A stretch of DNA of 64,000 bases. Source: an uncultured Holophagales bacterium (GTDB lineage Bacteria; Acidobacteriota; Thermoanaerobaculia; Multivoradales; UBA5704). Under the pieces are notes generated by a model that worked only from the letters and a program-made list of their open reading frames with translations, ran no database searches and was not told where the DNA came from. Location: positions 1,728,001 through 1,792,000 of the forward strand of contig CAWJGT010000003.1 of the NCBI GenBank assembly GCA_963842525.1. Direction: 5' to 3'. The position numbers and the translations under genes are program-made. Shown here piece by piece: positions 25,152-33,086 of this stretch (position 1 is its first letter; the number at the start of each line of letters is the position of its first letter).

Positions 25152-25769
25152 TCAACGCCAGTCTTGGGGACGCTCCAGAATGATCCCGTTCGGCTTGATC
25201 ACGTGGTCAGGCATCTGGCTTGCCGCCAGTTTACGACGGCCAATCGTGAAGTACGCGTGGGCGGCTTGTTGCAGGAGCCGAGAGCTTCGTCGCGGAGGAA
25301 ACGCTACGATGATTCGTTTACCGGGAATACCCCTGAGCTTGAGGAGAGCCGGCGCTAGGTCTCCATCCCCCGATACAAGAATTGCTTCGTCGAAGGTGTT
25401 TTGAAAGCCGTCTACCAGGATCTCTGTTGCAATATTTACGTCGGTCATTTTCTCATTTGGCACAAGGCACTCAAACCCACACTTCGAACACCGCCGAAGC
25501 TCATCCTGATACTGACCAAAATGCAGCGAGCAACGGTCGCCACCCTCTATAGCCTCCAGGAATACCTTCTGTTGAAGCCACTTGGAGCCGGGCCCCGAAA
25601 GGCGGGCAGTGAAGTACTTGACACCAACCAGCACCTGCCCATCTCTCAGAAGATTCTTGAGCAGAAGAACGGGGTCCAGCCAAAGAAACCGATCCCAGCC
25701 TCGTGTGCGAAGCCCAAAGTAGAAGTTGAAACCGTCGAGATAGCCCATGACCCTTTCAGCCACACTCAT
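25152..25769 (-). CDS. NYN (LabA/DUF88, PIN-like) domain ribonuclease
   Basis: YLDGFN, YFTA, EKMTDVNIA, ILVSGDGDL acidic motifs; visibly AT-richer than flanks; ends 23 nt before the cas3 start. Confidence 0.9.
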   Translation of the reverse strand: MSVAERVMGYLDGFNFYFGLRTRGWDRFLWLDPVLLLKNLLRDGQVLVGVKYFTARLSGPGSKWLQQKVFLEAIEGGDRCSLHFGQYQDELRRCSKCGFECLVPNEKMTDVNIATEILVDGFQNTFDEAILVSGDGDLAPALLKLRGIPGKRIIVAFPPRRSSRLLQQAAHAYFTIGRRKLAASQMPDHVIKPNGIILERPQDWR

Positions 25770-25781
25770 TCCTTTCGCCGC

Positions 25782-25882
25782 TTGACGAAGGCGGCTCTCG
25801 TGGGGTATAAGTTCGCTTGAACACCCCCGGCGGTAGCACCGCCGGACCGACAGCCCCTGGAAACGGGGGCTGTTTCTTTTTC
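25782..25882 (+). ncRNA. Candidate ~65-nt two-hairpin sRNA with its own promoter and terminator, antisense to the NYN/cas leader
   Basis: TTGACG(25782)-N18-TATAAG(25806); hairpin CCGGCGGT-AGC-ACCGCCGG (25827-25845); terminator ACAGCCCC...GGGGCTGT-TTCTTTTT (25850-25881). Confidence 0.55.
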
Positions 25883-25952
25883 TGCCCTCCAGAGATTCAG
25901 TGTAGCGCTTTTCTGGTCCCGTGCACCCTCCATGGAGGCCTCTTCTAGTTCT

Positions 25953-26007
25953 AGCACTTCTACCACGAAGTGTAGAATACTACCATGGTGCGCCAGGATG
26001 GTCTCAA
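25953..26007 (-). promoter_or_regulatory. Predicted NYN/cas operon promoter overlapping a TTC-PAM-flanked partial protospacer
   Basis: Extended -10 TGGTAGTAT (25985-25977), TTGAGA at 26007-26002; TTC (25969-25967) followed by GTGGTAGAAGTGCT. Confidence 0.55.
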
Positions 26008-26099
26008 TGCCCCATTAGGGCAGGTCAAGTCAAGCGACGGGTGAGCTGAGCTCGCTCACCGCCGGCTTGTGTAATCCTACCCACCCTGGGCGCCGGTTT

Positions 26100-26196
26100 G
26101 TTCGCTTCTGTCTCGTACAGGGCGTGGGTTGAAACGTGGTTGACGTACTCCGCAAGAGGGGAAGGAGGAGCGGTTCGCCCGCTCCTCCTGGTTTCT
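26100..26196 (+). ncRNA. Candidate crRNA-like regulatory RNA (degenerate I-C repeat, spacer, hairpin)
   Basis: GTTCGCTTCTGTCTCGTACAGGGCGTGGGTTGAAAC (last 16 nt match the array repeat 15/16), spacer GTGGTTGACGTACTCC..., 11-bp stem at 26163-26189. Confidence 0.7.
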
Positions 26197-26302
26197 GCTG
26201 CGGCTCGCGGGCTCGGCGCTACCGCCCGCTGATCTACCAGGCCGCAGGGTAAGTTTCCTGCCGAGGGGCGCAAGCTCAGAAGGACGTGGAGGAAGGTGCC
26301 GC

Positions 26303-26388
26303 CGCCCCGCTGGGGCTTGGGGTCGATTGGGGGCCGCAGACCCAGGGCTGACGCCCTGGGCTACACGCCGTGGCCCCCTCCGGGGGCT
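26303..26388. repeat. REP/REPIN-like palindromic element (second family)
   Basis: Nested palindromes GCCCCGCTGGGGC, CCCAGGGC-TGAC-GCCCTGGG and GCCCCCTCCGGGGGC. Confidence 0.5.
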
Positions 26389-26420
26389 CAAAGCATTTCT
26401 CACTCGCTCCGTCCTCCAGC

Positions 26421-27107
26421 TCAACAATCCGTATACGACAGGCTGCCGGGCCTCCTGGGGTCCTCTTCGATCAGGACCAGCTCGTAATCATCTGTGGCCG
26501 ACGCGGGGTTGCGCCAGGCGGCGAACCAGCGGCCGTAGAGGTCGAAGACCTGGAAGTCGACCTCTTCGGGCGCGAGGGCTGGAGTGACCTCCGGTGGATC
26601 GGTGAGGGGCAGGAGGGTCCTGGGCCCGAGCAGGTCGCGCGCGGCCAGCTCCTGAATGCGCGCGGGGTCCATGCGGATCCACGTCTGCTGGCCGGCCGGC
26701 TCGAGGCCGGAAAGGGCCGGCAGGAGGAGGTCGGTCAGCACGTGCTGGATCGGGGCCGGATCGATGCCGGAGCCGTCTTCGACCGCGGCAAGGGCCTGCT
26801 CGAGGTCGGTGCGGACGTCGGCGAGAGTTTGCAGCGCGCCGGAGAGCACTGAGCCGGCCTGGAGGGGGACCGGCGTATGGGCCGGCGGGTCGAGGGTGAC
26901 GAGAAAGGCGCTGAGGTCGCGGATCGCCGGGTAGACGTGGTCGCCGAGGAGGCATTGCAGCCGCGCGTGGCGGTCGTGGAAGGCCGCCGGGTCCTCGGGG
27001 CTCAAAAGAGCCGCGAGCTGGTCCGCGAAGGACCGCAGGCGGTCGAGTGCGCGCAGCGTATGCGTCCGCAAGGCCGGCGGGTGGTGGGCAGATGACGTGA
27101 GCGGCAT
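26421..27107 (-). CDS. Hypothetical protein downstream of an XRE regulator
   Basis: Helical-looking ORF with host-like codon usage; start uncertain (27107 or 27194). Confidence 0.6.
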   Translation of the reverse strand: MPLTSSAHHPPALRTHTLRALDRLRSFADQLAALLSPEDPAAFHDRHARLQCLLGDHVYPAIRDLSAFLVTLDPPAHTPVPLQAGSVLSGALQTLADVRTDLEQALAAVEDGSGIDPAPIQHVLTDLLLPALSGLEPAGQQTWIRMDPARIQELAARDLLGPRTLLPLTDPPEVTPALAPEEVDFQVFDLYGRWFAAWRNPASATDDYELVLIEEDPRRPGSLSYTDC

Positions 27108-27138
27108 GAGGATCTCCCTAGAAAAGAAGCGGTCGAAA

Positions 27139-27486
27139 TCAATCCCGGCCCCCGCGGAGGCGAGCGAGGAGGCGTTCCAGGAAGGCGACGTCATCGGCCG
27201 AGACCTGCCCTGCCGCGGCAGAGGCGGGGAGAGGACGGGAGGCGGCGCCGAAGACGAGGTGCTCGAGATCGGTCTCGAAGGTGTTGCGCAACGCGACCAG
27301 CTCGTCGAGCGTGGGGATGCGCCTGCCGTTCTCGATGCGGGAGAGGCGATGAGCCGGCAACCCGGCGCGGCGGGCGAGCTCCCTCTGTTTCCAGCCCTTG
27401 AGACCTCTCAGTTGCACGATGCGGGAACCGAGGGCCCGGCGATCGAGGACAGGAGCAACGCGGAGGTCGGGCTCGTTCGGGCTCAC
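27139..27486 (-). CDS. XRE-family HTH transcriptional regulator
   Basis: LGSRIVQLRGLKGWKQRELARRAGLPAHRLSRIENGRRIPTLDEL. Confidence 0.9.
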   Translation of the reverse strand: MSPNEPDLRVAPVLDRRALGSRIVQLRGLKGWKQRELARRAGLPAHRLSRIENGRRIPTLDELVALRNTFETDLEHLVFGAASRPLPASAAAGQVSADDVAFLERLLARLRGGRD

Positions 27487-27838
27487 GCGCAGAAGAATCT
27501 TCCGCGACGGAGAGGATTGTCAAGACGTTTCAGGGGATCTTGCGAAATCAATCCCCGAATTGCCGGATCGTTCCGCAAGCCGGCCGAAACCGTCGCGCTC
27601 CCTCGACGGTGCGCGCAACCTTTGCGCGTTCCGGGGAAATGATCCTAGTCTGCGAGAACCCGGTGACGTCTCCGCCGGGGGCGGAGCCGCCTTTGCGACC
27701 GGATTGCGGCCCGCTCGAGTTGTCCGGATCGTCGCGAAAGTGCGACGCGCGGAGCAAGTCACGGCAGACTACGCGGACAGGCGCGGCGACTTGGGTCAAT
27801 TTCGGCCCGGTTCGAGTCCGCGCGAGGAGGTTCGAACC

Positions 27839-28192
27839 ATGTACCGGAAGGAGGGAATTCGCTGGACGACCGCCCTGCTGCTGGTCCTGCTGCTCGCCAC
27901 GCCGGCGCTGGCCGGAGAGCGGCGGCCGGGCCGGGTGGGCTCTACCTGGCTGGAGCACGTGGTGCAGTGGCTGGTCGAGCTCCTCGAAGCCACCGAGTGC
28001 GATAAAGGCATCTCAATTGACCCTGACGGCCGCTGCGTCGCCGCGGCCGGAACGGCCGCCGCCACGCAGTGCGACGCGGGCTCCTCTATCGATCCTGATG
28101 GCCGCTGCGTCGCCGCGACCGGAACGGCCGCTGCCACGCAGTGCGACAAGGGCAGCTCGATCGACCCGAACGGCGGGTGTGCCGGCGAGTGA
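27839..28192 (+). CDS. Secreted 117-aa precursor-like peptide with three C-D-x-G-x-S-I-D-P-x-G-x-C repeats
   Basis: GAGGAGG SD, signal peptide ending PALA, amphipathic WLEHVVQWL segment, 24-aa (72-bp) repeats with Ala/Thr linkers. Confidence 0.8.
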   Translation: MYRKEGIRWTTALLLVLLLATPALAGERRPGRVGSTWLEHVVQWLVELLEATECDKGISIDPDGRCVAAAGTAAATQCDAGSSIDPDGRCVAATGTAAATQCDKGSSIDPNGGCAGE

Positions 28193-28270
28193 TGTGCGAC
28201 AATATGGTGAGCCTCCGGATATGCGAGAATCCTCTGGGCGACACTTCGCTGCACGAGGGGGGAACAGACC

Positions 28271-29605
28271 GTGGATCACGTGACGGATGGAGAGGTCGGC
28301 GATCTGTTCGAGGGCCGGCTGGATGCGGCGTCGCGCAAGCGGGTCGTGCGCCACCTGCTGAGCACCTGTGGCCCCTGCCGGCTGAAGATGGCGACCTTCG
28401 GAAGGTCCGTCTTCCTCAAGGCGGCGCCGGAGGAGAGCGAGTACGACGGGCCGATCGACCGGGCGGTGGTTTCGGTCCTGGAAGGCCGGAGCACGTTCTG
28501 GCGCGCCGAGGAGGAGCGGAGCAGGCGGCTGGCTGCTGCCCTGCCCGCGCGGTGCGAGGACCTTCTCCTCCCTTCGCCGGACCTCGACGAGCGGGACTTC
28601 CAGGGATGGGCCTGGGTGGAAGCGCTTCTCGCGCGCAGCCAGGAGGAACGCTTCCGGGAGCCTGCGCGCATGCTCGACTGGGCCTTTCTCGCGCTGGCCG
28701 CCGCGCAGAACATCGACTGGCAGACCTGTGGGGCGGCCCTTGCCGCGGACCTCCAGGCGCGCGCCTGGGCGGAGCTGGCGAACGCGTTCCGGGTGAGCGA
28801 GGATTTCGAGGCGGCGGAAGACGCCCTGGCGCGGGGGTGCGACGCCTACGAGCGCGGCACGGGCGATGTCCGGCTCCTCGCCCGCCTCCACGACGTCGAG
28901 GCCTCCCTGCGGACCGATCAGCGACGGCTGGGCGAAGCGCTGAAGCTCCTGGACCAGCTCCACCGACTCTATGTACGCCTCGGCGACACGCATCTGGCCG
29001 GACGCGCCCTGATCAAGAAAGGCATCAACTCCCACTACAACGGACAGCCCGAGGAGGCCGTGAGGCTCCTGCGGGCAGGTCTCGAACAGGTGGATACCCA
29101 AAGAGATCTGAAGCTGGCATCGGTCGGCCAGCAGGCGCTCCTGGACGCGCTGGCGGCGTGCGGACGGTTTCGCGAGGCGAGCAAGCTGCTTCTTGCCAGC
29201 GGTTTGCGGGAGGCCTTCGCTGGGGAGCCGCTCAATCTGGCCAAGCTGCGATGGCTCGAAGGCAAGATTTTCGCCGGCCTCGGCAAGCTCGCCAGGGCCG
29301 AGCAGGTGTATCACGAGGTCCGGACGAGCTTTCTGCGAGTCGGACGCAATTACGAGAGCGCGCTCGCTGGCCTCGACCTCGCGGGCGTGTGGCTGCGGCA
29401 GGAGAAGTCGGCCCAGGTGCGGGAGCTTGCGGAAGAGCTGGTCCGGGCCTTCGAGGAGGTCGGGGTGCGGAGCGAAGCGCTCAAGGCGGTGCGCTTCTTC
29501 CGCGAGGCGTGCCGCCGCGAGCGGGCCACGCCGGCGCTGGTAGAGACTGTCGCGGTCTTCCTGCAACGCCTCGAATGGCAGCCGCAGCTTCAGTTTGCGC
29601 CCTGA
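28271..29605 (+). CDS. TPR-repeat protein with an N-terminal zf-HC2-like (anti-sigma-type) Zn motif
   Basis: MDH.....L..G.L....RKRVVRHLLSTCGPC followed by TPR-like helices (ARAWAELANAFRV, LGEALKLL, AGLGKLARAEQVY). Confidence 0.75.
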   Translation: MDHVTDGEVGDLFEGRLDAASRKRVVRHLLSTCGPCRLKMATFGRSVFLKAAPEESEYDGPIDRAVVSVLEGRSTFWRAEEERSRRLAAALPARCEDLLLPSPDLDERDFQGWAWVEALLARSQEERFREPARMLDWAFLALAAAQNIDWQTCGAALAADLQARAWAELANAFRVSEDFEAAEDALARGCDAYERGTGDVRLLARLHDVEASLRTDQRRLGEALKLLDQLHRLYVRLGDTHLAGRALIKKGINSHYNGQPEEAVRLLRAGLEQVDTQRDLKLASVGQQALLDALAACGRFREASKLLLASGLREAFAGEPLNLAKLRWLEGKIFAGLGKLARAEQVYHEVRTSFLRVGRNYESALAGLDLAGVWLRQEKSAQVRELAEELVRAFEEVGVRSEALKAVRFFREACRRERATPALVETVAVFLQRLEWQPQLQFAP

Positions 29606-29661
29606 GGCCTCACCTCGGAAAAACCCGCCGTAGATCGGAGGATCGTTCTATACTGCGTGCC

Positions 29662-30106
29662 ATGTCCGCTCCTGGCCCCGAGAACCTCGGCGGTGAGCCG
29701 CCCTCTGGTCCGGACGAGCGGGAGGCCCGCCGCCTTGCCGAGCGGCTGGCTCTCCTGATCCGGGCGTCGGGCCGTTCCCTGCGGTCGCTCGAGCAGGAGG
29801 CTCGGCCTGTCGAGCTCCATGCTGAGCAAGACCCTCAACGGGACCATGAGGCTCCAGGTGACCCATGTCTTCATGATCCTGCGGGTCCTCGGTGTCGGCC
29901 CCGGCGTCTTCTTCCGCTGGGCCTTCCCCGCCGAGTCACGGACGAGCACCTTGATCGAAAAGGTCCGGGCTTCGGAAGGGAGCCTGCAGCACAGGCCGCC
30001 GGACGACGATCCCGAATTCGAGGCGCGGGTGGAGAAGGTCGTCCGGCGCGTCGTGCGCGAGCTGATGTCCGAAGGCCCCGGCGCAGCCACCCACGTCGAC
30101 GGTTAG
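29662..30106 (+). CDS. XRE-like HTH protein; +1 frameshift near 29800
   Basis: LIRASGRSLRSLEQE joins LGLSSSMLSKTLNGTMRLQVTHVFMILRVLGV after removing one G; TATACT 7 nt before the ATG. Confidence 0.75.
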
Positions 30107-30172
30107 AGGGGGCCCGGATCAAGGTTTTGCGGTTATACTCGGCTGGCTAACCATTTCCTCGGGGAGGAATCT

Positions 30173-31027
30173 ATGCAAGCCATCAGGGGTTCGTTTCGCT
30201 CTCTCCTGGCCCTCGGGTTGCTGGCCGTCGGGCTCGTCGCCTCTGGTGTCCCGGCCGTGGCGGCCGGCTTCGAAGGGACCTACACGATCGCCCCGAAGAC
30301 GTTGACCGTGCAGGTGGGGGTCGCGGCGACCGGGAGAAACGCGACGAGGAGCTTCAGGCGGTCCATCACGCTCGTCAAGGAACGGCTTCCGGCGGGGGTC
30401 TTCGAGGCCGAGAAGGCGTTCTGGCGGACCAAGATCGCTTCCTGGGACTTCCTGTCGTCGCGGCAGAAGCAGGAGGCGACCCTTGCCATGGAGCGCCATT
30501 ACAACGACCTCCAGGCGCAGATCAACCGGTACCTGCGCGGCTTCCCCGACCAGGTCACGGTCCGGGGGACCGGCCCCTCTTCGGCCGGTTTCGTCTTTGA
30601 AGACAAAGACTTCGGGAAGAAGCAGAGCGCAATGGTGCTCTACAACTCCCAGCAGGGGACCTTTACGATGTTCAGGCTCCCGCTGTTCCGGGGGGAGCTG
30701 GGGAGCAAGGGGTTGATGCTCCGGTTCGGCTCGTGGGGCTTCCAGGGCTCCCTGCCCGGCCGGACGGCCACTTGGGCGACGAACGCCTCCCTCCTCGGCT
30801 CGATCCCCAACGTGGGCGCCATCGCGGCGAGCCTCAACCTCCAGGGGCAGGTCGGCCTTGGAGCCGGCCGCGGGCAAGTAAGACGGGGCTGGGGAGAAAA
30901 AAAGCGGGGACGACCGGAGGATGGTGGGTCGTCCCCGTTGTCCGGGTTGAAAAGAGGTTGTGTGGCCTCTCTTCTATCTAGTTGCCGCAGCCCGGTTTTT
31001 TTTGACACTCCCAGCCAACTTTTTTAA
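30173..31027 (+). CDS. Hypothetical secreted protein (true stop may be near 30881 if frameshifted)
   Basis: GGAGG SD, signal peptide; the C-terminal ~50 codons run through hairpins and T-tracts and look non-coding. Confidence 0.6.
   Translation: MQAIRGSFRSLLALGLLAVGLVASGVPAVAAGFEGTYTIAPKTLTVQVGVAATGRNATRSFRRSITLVKERLPAGVFEAEKAFWRTKIASWDFLSSRQKQEATLAMERHYNDLQAQINRYLRGFPDQVTVRGTGPSSAGFVFEDKDFGKKQSAMVLYNSQQGTFTMFRLPLFRGELGSKGLMLRFGSWGFQGSLPGRTATWATNASLLGSIPNVGAIAASLNLQGQVGLGAGRGQVRRGWGEKKRGRPEDGGSSPLSGLKRGCVASLLSSCRSPVFFDTPSQLF
30897..30975 (-). ncRNA. Candidate sRNA or structured 3' element: small hairpin plus intrinsic terminator
   Basis: Minus strand AGAGG-CCACACAA-CCTCT, then CGGGGACGACC-CACCATCCTCC-GGTCGTCCCCG-C-TTTTTTT. 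Confidence 0.45.
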
Positions 31028-31068
31028 AAAAACTTCGCCGAGGGGGTCCTCACCCCCCCAGATGGCCC

Positions 31069-32238
31069 TCAGACGTGGTGGTCGAAGGCGGCCAGGGCCG
31101 CCTCGGGGTCGACCGCAGCGCCGGATTCACGCAGTGCTTCCGCAATGGCTTGGACGGTCCGCCGGAGCATGTCCGGCCGCGAGGCCGCGTATCCCATGTG
31201 GCCGACCCGGAAGCTGGTCGTGCGGACCGCCGGGTGGAGGCCCCCTGCCACGATGACTCCGCGGGCGGCGACGCGGGGGATCAGGCTGGCGTCGACCCCC
31301 TCTGGGAAGTAGAGGGCGCTCAGGGTGTTCGCCGCCTGGCCGTCACGCGGGACCTGGCGGAGGCCCAGCGCCTCCCAGGCTTTGCGCAGGGCCGCGGCGG
31401 CGCGGGCGTGGGCCTCCCAGCGGGCCTCGACGCCGGTTGCGAGGATCTCTCCCAGGCCGGCCTCCAGAGCCAGGACCAGGGTGGTCGCCGGGGTGGCGAA
31501 GTAGCTCGCCCGGCGTTCTTCATAGGCGCGGTGGATCGGCAGCCAGGAGTCCCAGTCGAGGAAGAGGGGCGGCGGGGGGCTCCGGCGGGTGGCGCGGACG
31601 GCCAGGGCCCGCTCGCTCGCCACCAGGAGCGCGAGGCCGGGCGGTACGCCGATGGCCTTCTGGGAGGCGCTGAAATAGACGTCCGCCCCCCAGGCCTCCA
31701 TCTCGAAGCGCTCGCCGGCGGTGGCACAGACGCCGTCGACGACCGAGAGGATGCCGGCCTCGCGGGCCAGGCGGCAGAGGGGCTCGGGGTCGACCCGCAC
31801 GCCGGTTGAGGTATCCACATGAGTGGCAAAGAGGGCCTTGCAGGGACCCTGGCGGTCGAGGGCGTCGCGGACCTCTTCAAGGGCCGGCGCCTCGCCCACC
31901 GGCGCCTTCACCTCCACGACCTCCGCTCCCCAGCGGCTCAGGATCTGGGCCATGCGGTCGGAGAAAAAGCCGCTGTTCACGACCAGCATCCGCTCCCCGG
32001 GCTCGACCAGGTTGGCCGCCGCAACTTCCATGGCCAGGGTGCCGCTGCCTGCGAGGAGGAACGGCTGGCTGCCTTCACCGGACTGCCAGACCTCGCGCAT
32101 CCCTTCGAGGCAGGTGCCGAAGGCCTCGAGGATCCGGGGCGACGTGTGCCCCGGCGGCCGGCTGGCCGCGGCGGCAGCCACGGCCGGCGAGATCTCGACG
32201 GGGCCGGGGATCATGAGGAGCGGTGACGGGTCGGGCAT
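31069..32238 (-). CDS. Class V PLP-dependent aminotransferase (alanine-glyoxylate/serine-pyruvate type)
   Basis: MIPGP, GSGTLAME, HVDTSTGV, VVDGV, ASQKA (PLP Lys), FRVGHMG. Confidence 0.93.
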   Translation of the reverse strand: MPDPSPLLMIPGPVEISPAVAAAAASRPPGHTSPRILEAFGTCLEGMREVWQSGEGSQPFLLAGSGTLAMEVAAANLVEPGERMLVVNSGFFSDRMAQILSRWGAEVVEVKAPVGEAPALEEVRDALDRQGPCKALFATHVDTSTGVRVDPEPLCRLAREAGILSVVDGVCATAGERFEMEAWGADVYFSASQKAIGVPPGLALLVASERALAVRATRRSPPPPLFLDWDSWLPIHRAYEERRASYFATPATTLVLALEAGLGEILATGVEARWEAHARAAAALRKAWEALGLRQVPRDGQAANTLSALYFPEGVDASLIPRVAARGVIVAGGLHPAVRTTSFRVGHMGYAASRPDMLRRTVQAIAEALRESGAAVDPEAALAAFDHHV

Positions 32239-32341
32239 GGGGTGGTCTCCCTGAGGGATGAGATGGCAGTCTTGTTTGAAGGAAGTTTAGAGGGTATCAT
32301 GACCATGATGACCCACTTCGCAGTTGGGGAAGAAGGAACTT

Positions 32342-32599
32342 ATGATCTCTTTGAACGTGGCCGAAGCGAAGAAACAATTCTCCGATCTCCTTGGCAGGGT
32401 TGCCTATGGCGGTGAGACCATTGTGATTACGCGCCGCGGCAAGCCGATGGCGAAGCTGGTTCCTCCCGATGCCCCAGAGCACGAGTTGCACGAGAGAAAG
32501 ACTGTCAGCGTAGTTGAGACGAGTTGGGGTACCTTGCGGCTTGATGCAGAGCAGGTCCGTGAGATCCTGAGGGAGGGGGATGACCTCCTCGACGCTTGA
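32342..32599 (+). CDS. Phd/YefM-family antitoxin
   Basis: LNVAEAKKQFSDLLGRV..GETIVITRRGKPMAKLVP. Confidence 0.9.
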   Translation: MISLNVAEAKKQFSDLLGRVAYGGETIVITRRGKPMAKLVPPDAPEHELHERKTVSVVETSWGTLRLDAEQVREILREGDDLLDA

Positions 32600-33086
32600 G
32601 AGGATCCGGTCCGGAGCCCGCATCTTTATCGATGCCCCCATCTTCATCTATCACTTTACAGGTGCCTCAACCGAATGTAGAGACTTCCTGCAACGTTGTG
32701 AGGCGTGCGAGGTGCAAGGGGTGACGTCCACCGTGACGCTCGCCGAGGTGACCCATCGGTTGATGATGATCGAAGCAGTCATGAAAGGGCTCGTCTCGCC
32801 GGGTAATGTTGTTCAAAAGCTCCGTAAAAGGCCAGAAGTAGTCTGTGAGCTGAGCCTGTATCAGGAACAGGTGGATAAGATAGCTCAGATGGAGATCGAC
32901 ATCCTGCCGCTTGACCTCACGGTTCTTGCCGGCTCAGGGGCGATCAGAAAGAGCTATGGGCTATTGACGAACGACTCCTTGATTGTGTCGACAGCCCGTG
33001 AGCTGAAGATCTCGGCAATTGCGTCTGCCGATCAGGATTTTGATCGGTTGGAGGAGATTGCCCTCTTCTGCCCAGGCGATATCTGA
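32580..33086 (+). CDS. PIN-domain (VapC-like) toxin
   Basis: IFIDAPIFIY, TLAEV, LLTNDSLI, IASADQDF; overlaps the antitoxin gene. Confidence 0.9.
   Translation: MTSSTLERIRSGARIFIDAPIFIYHFTGASTECRDFLQRCEACEVQGVTSTVTLAEVTHRLMMIEAVMKGLVSPGNVVQKLRKRPEVVCELSLYQEQVDKIAQMEIDILPLDLTVLAGSGAIRKSYGLLTNDSLIVSTARELKISAIASADQDFDRLEEIALFCPGDI

Noticed and set aside
25766-25966. 66-aa (or 55-aa) ORF overlapping the NYN start as a possible peptide toxin
   Set aside because: No recognisable features and it runs through RNA hairpins, so it is not called as a gene. Caveat: its first codons coincide with the crRNA-like target and the mismatches fall on third positions; Ribo-seq would settle this
27839-28192. Repeat peptide as a classical RiPP precursor
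   Set aside because: It has a Sec-type signal peptide and no adjacent modifying enzyme; kept as a signalling hypothesis instead
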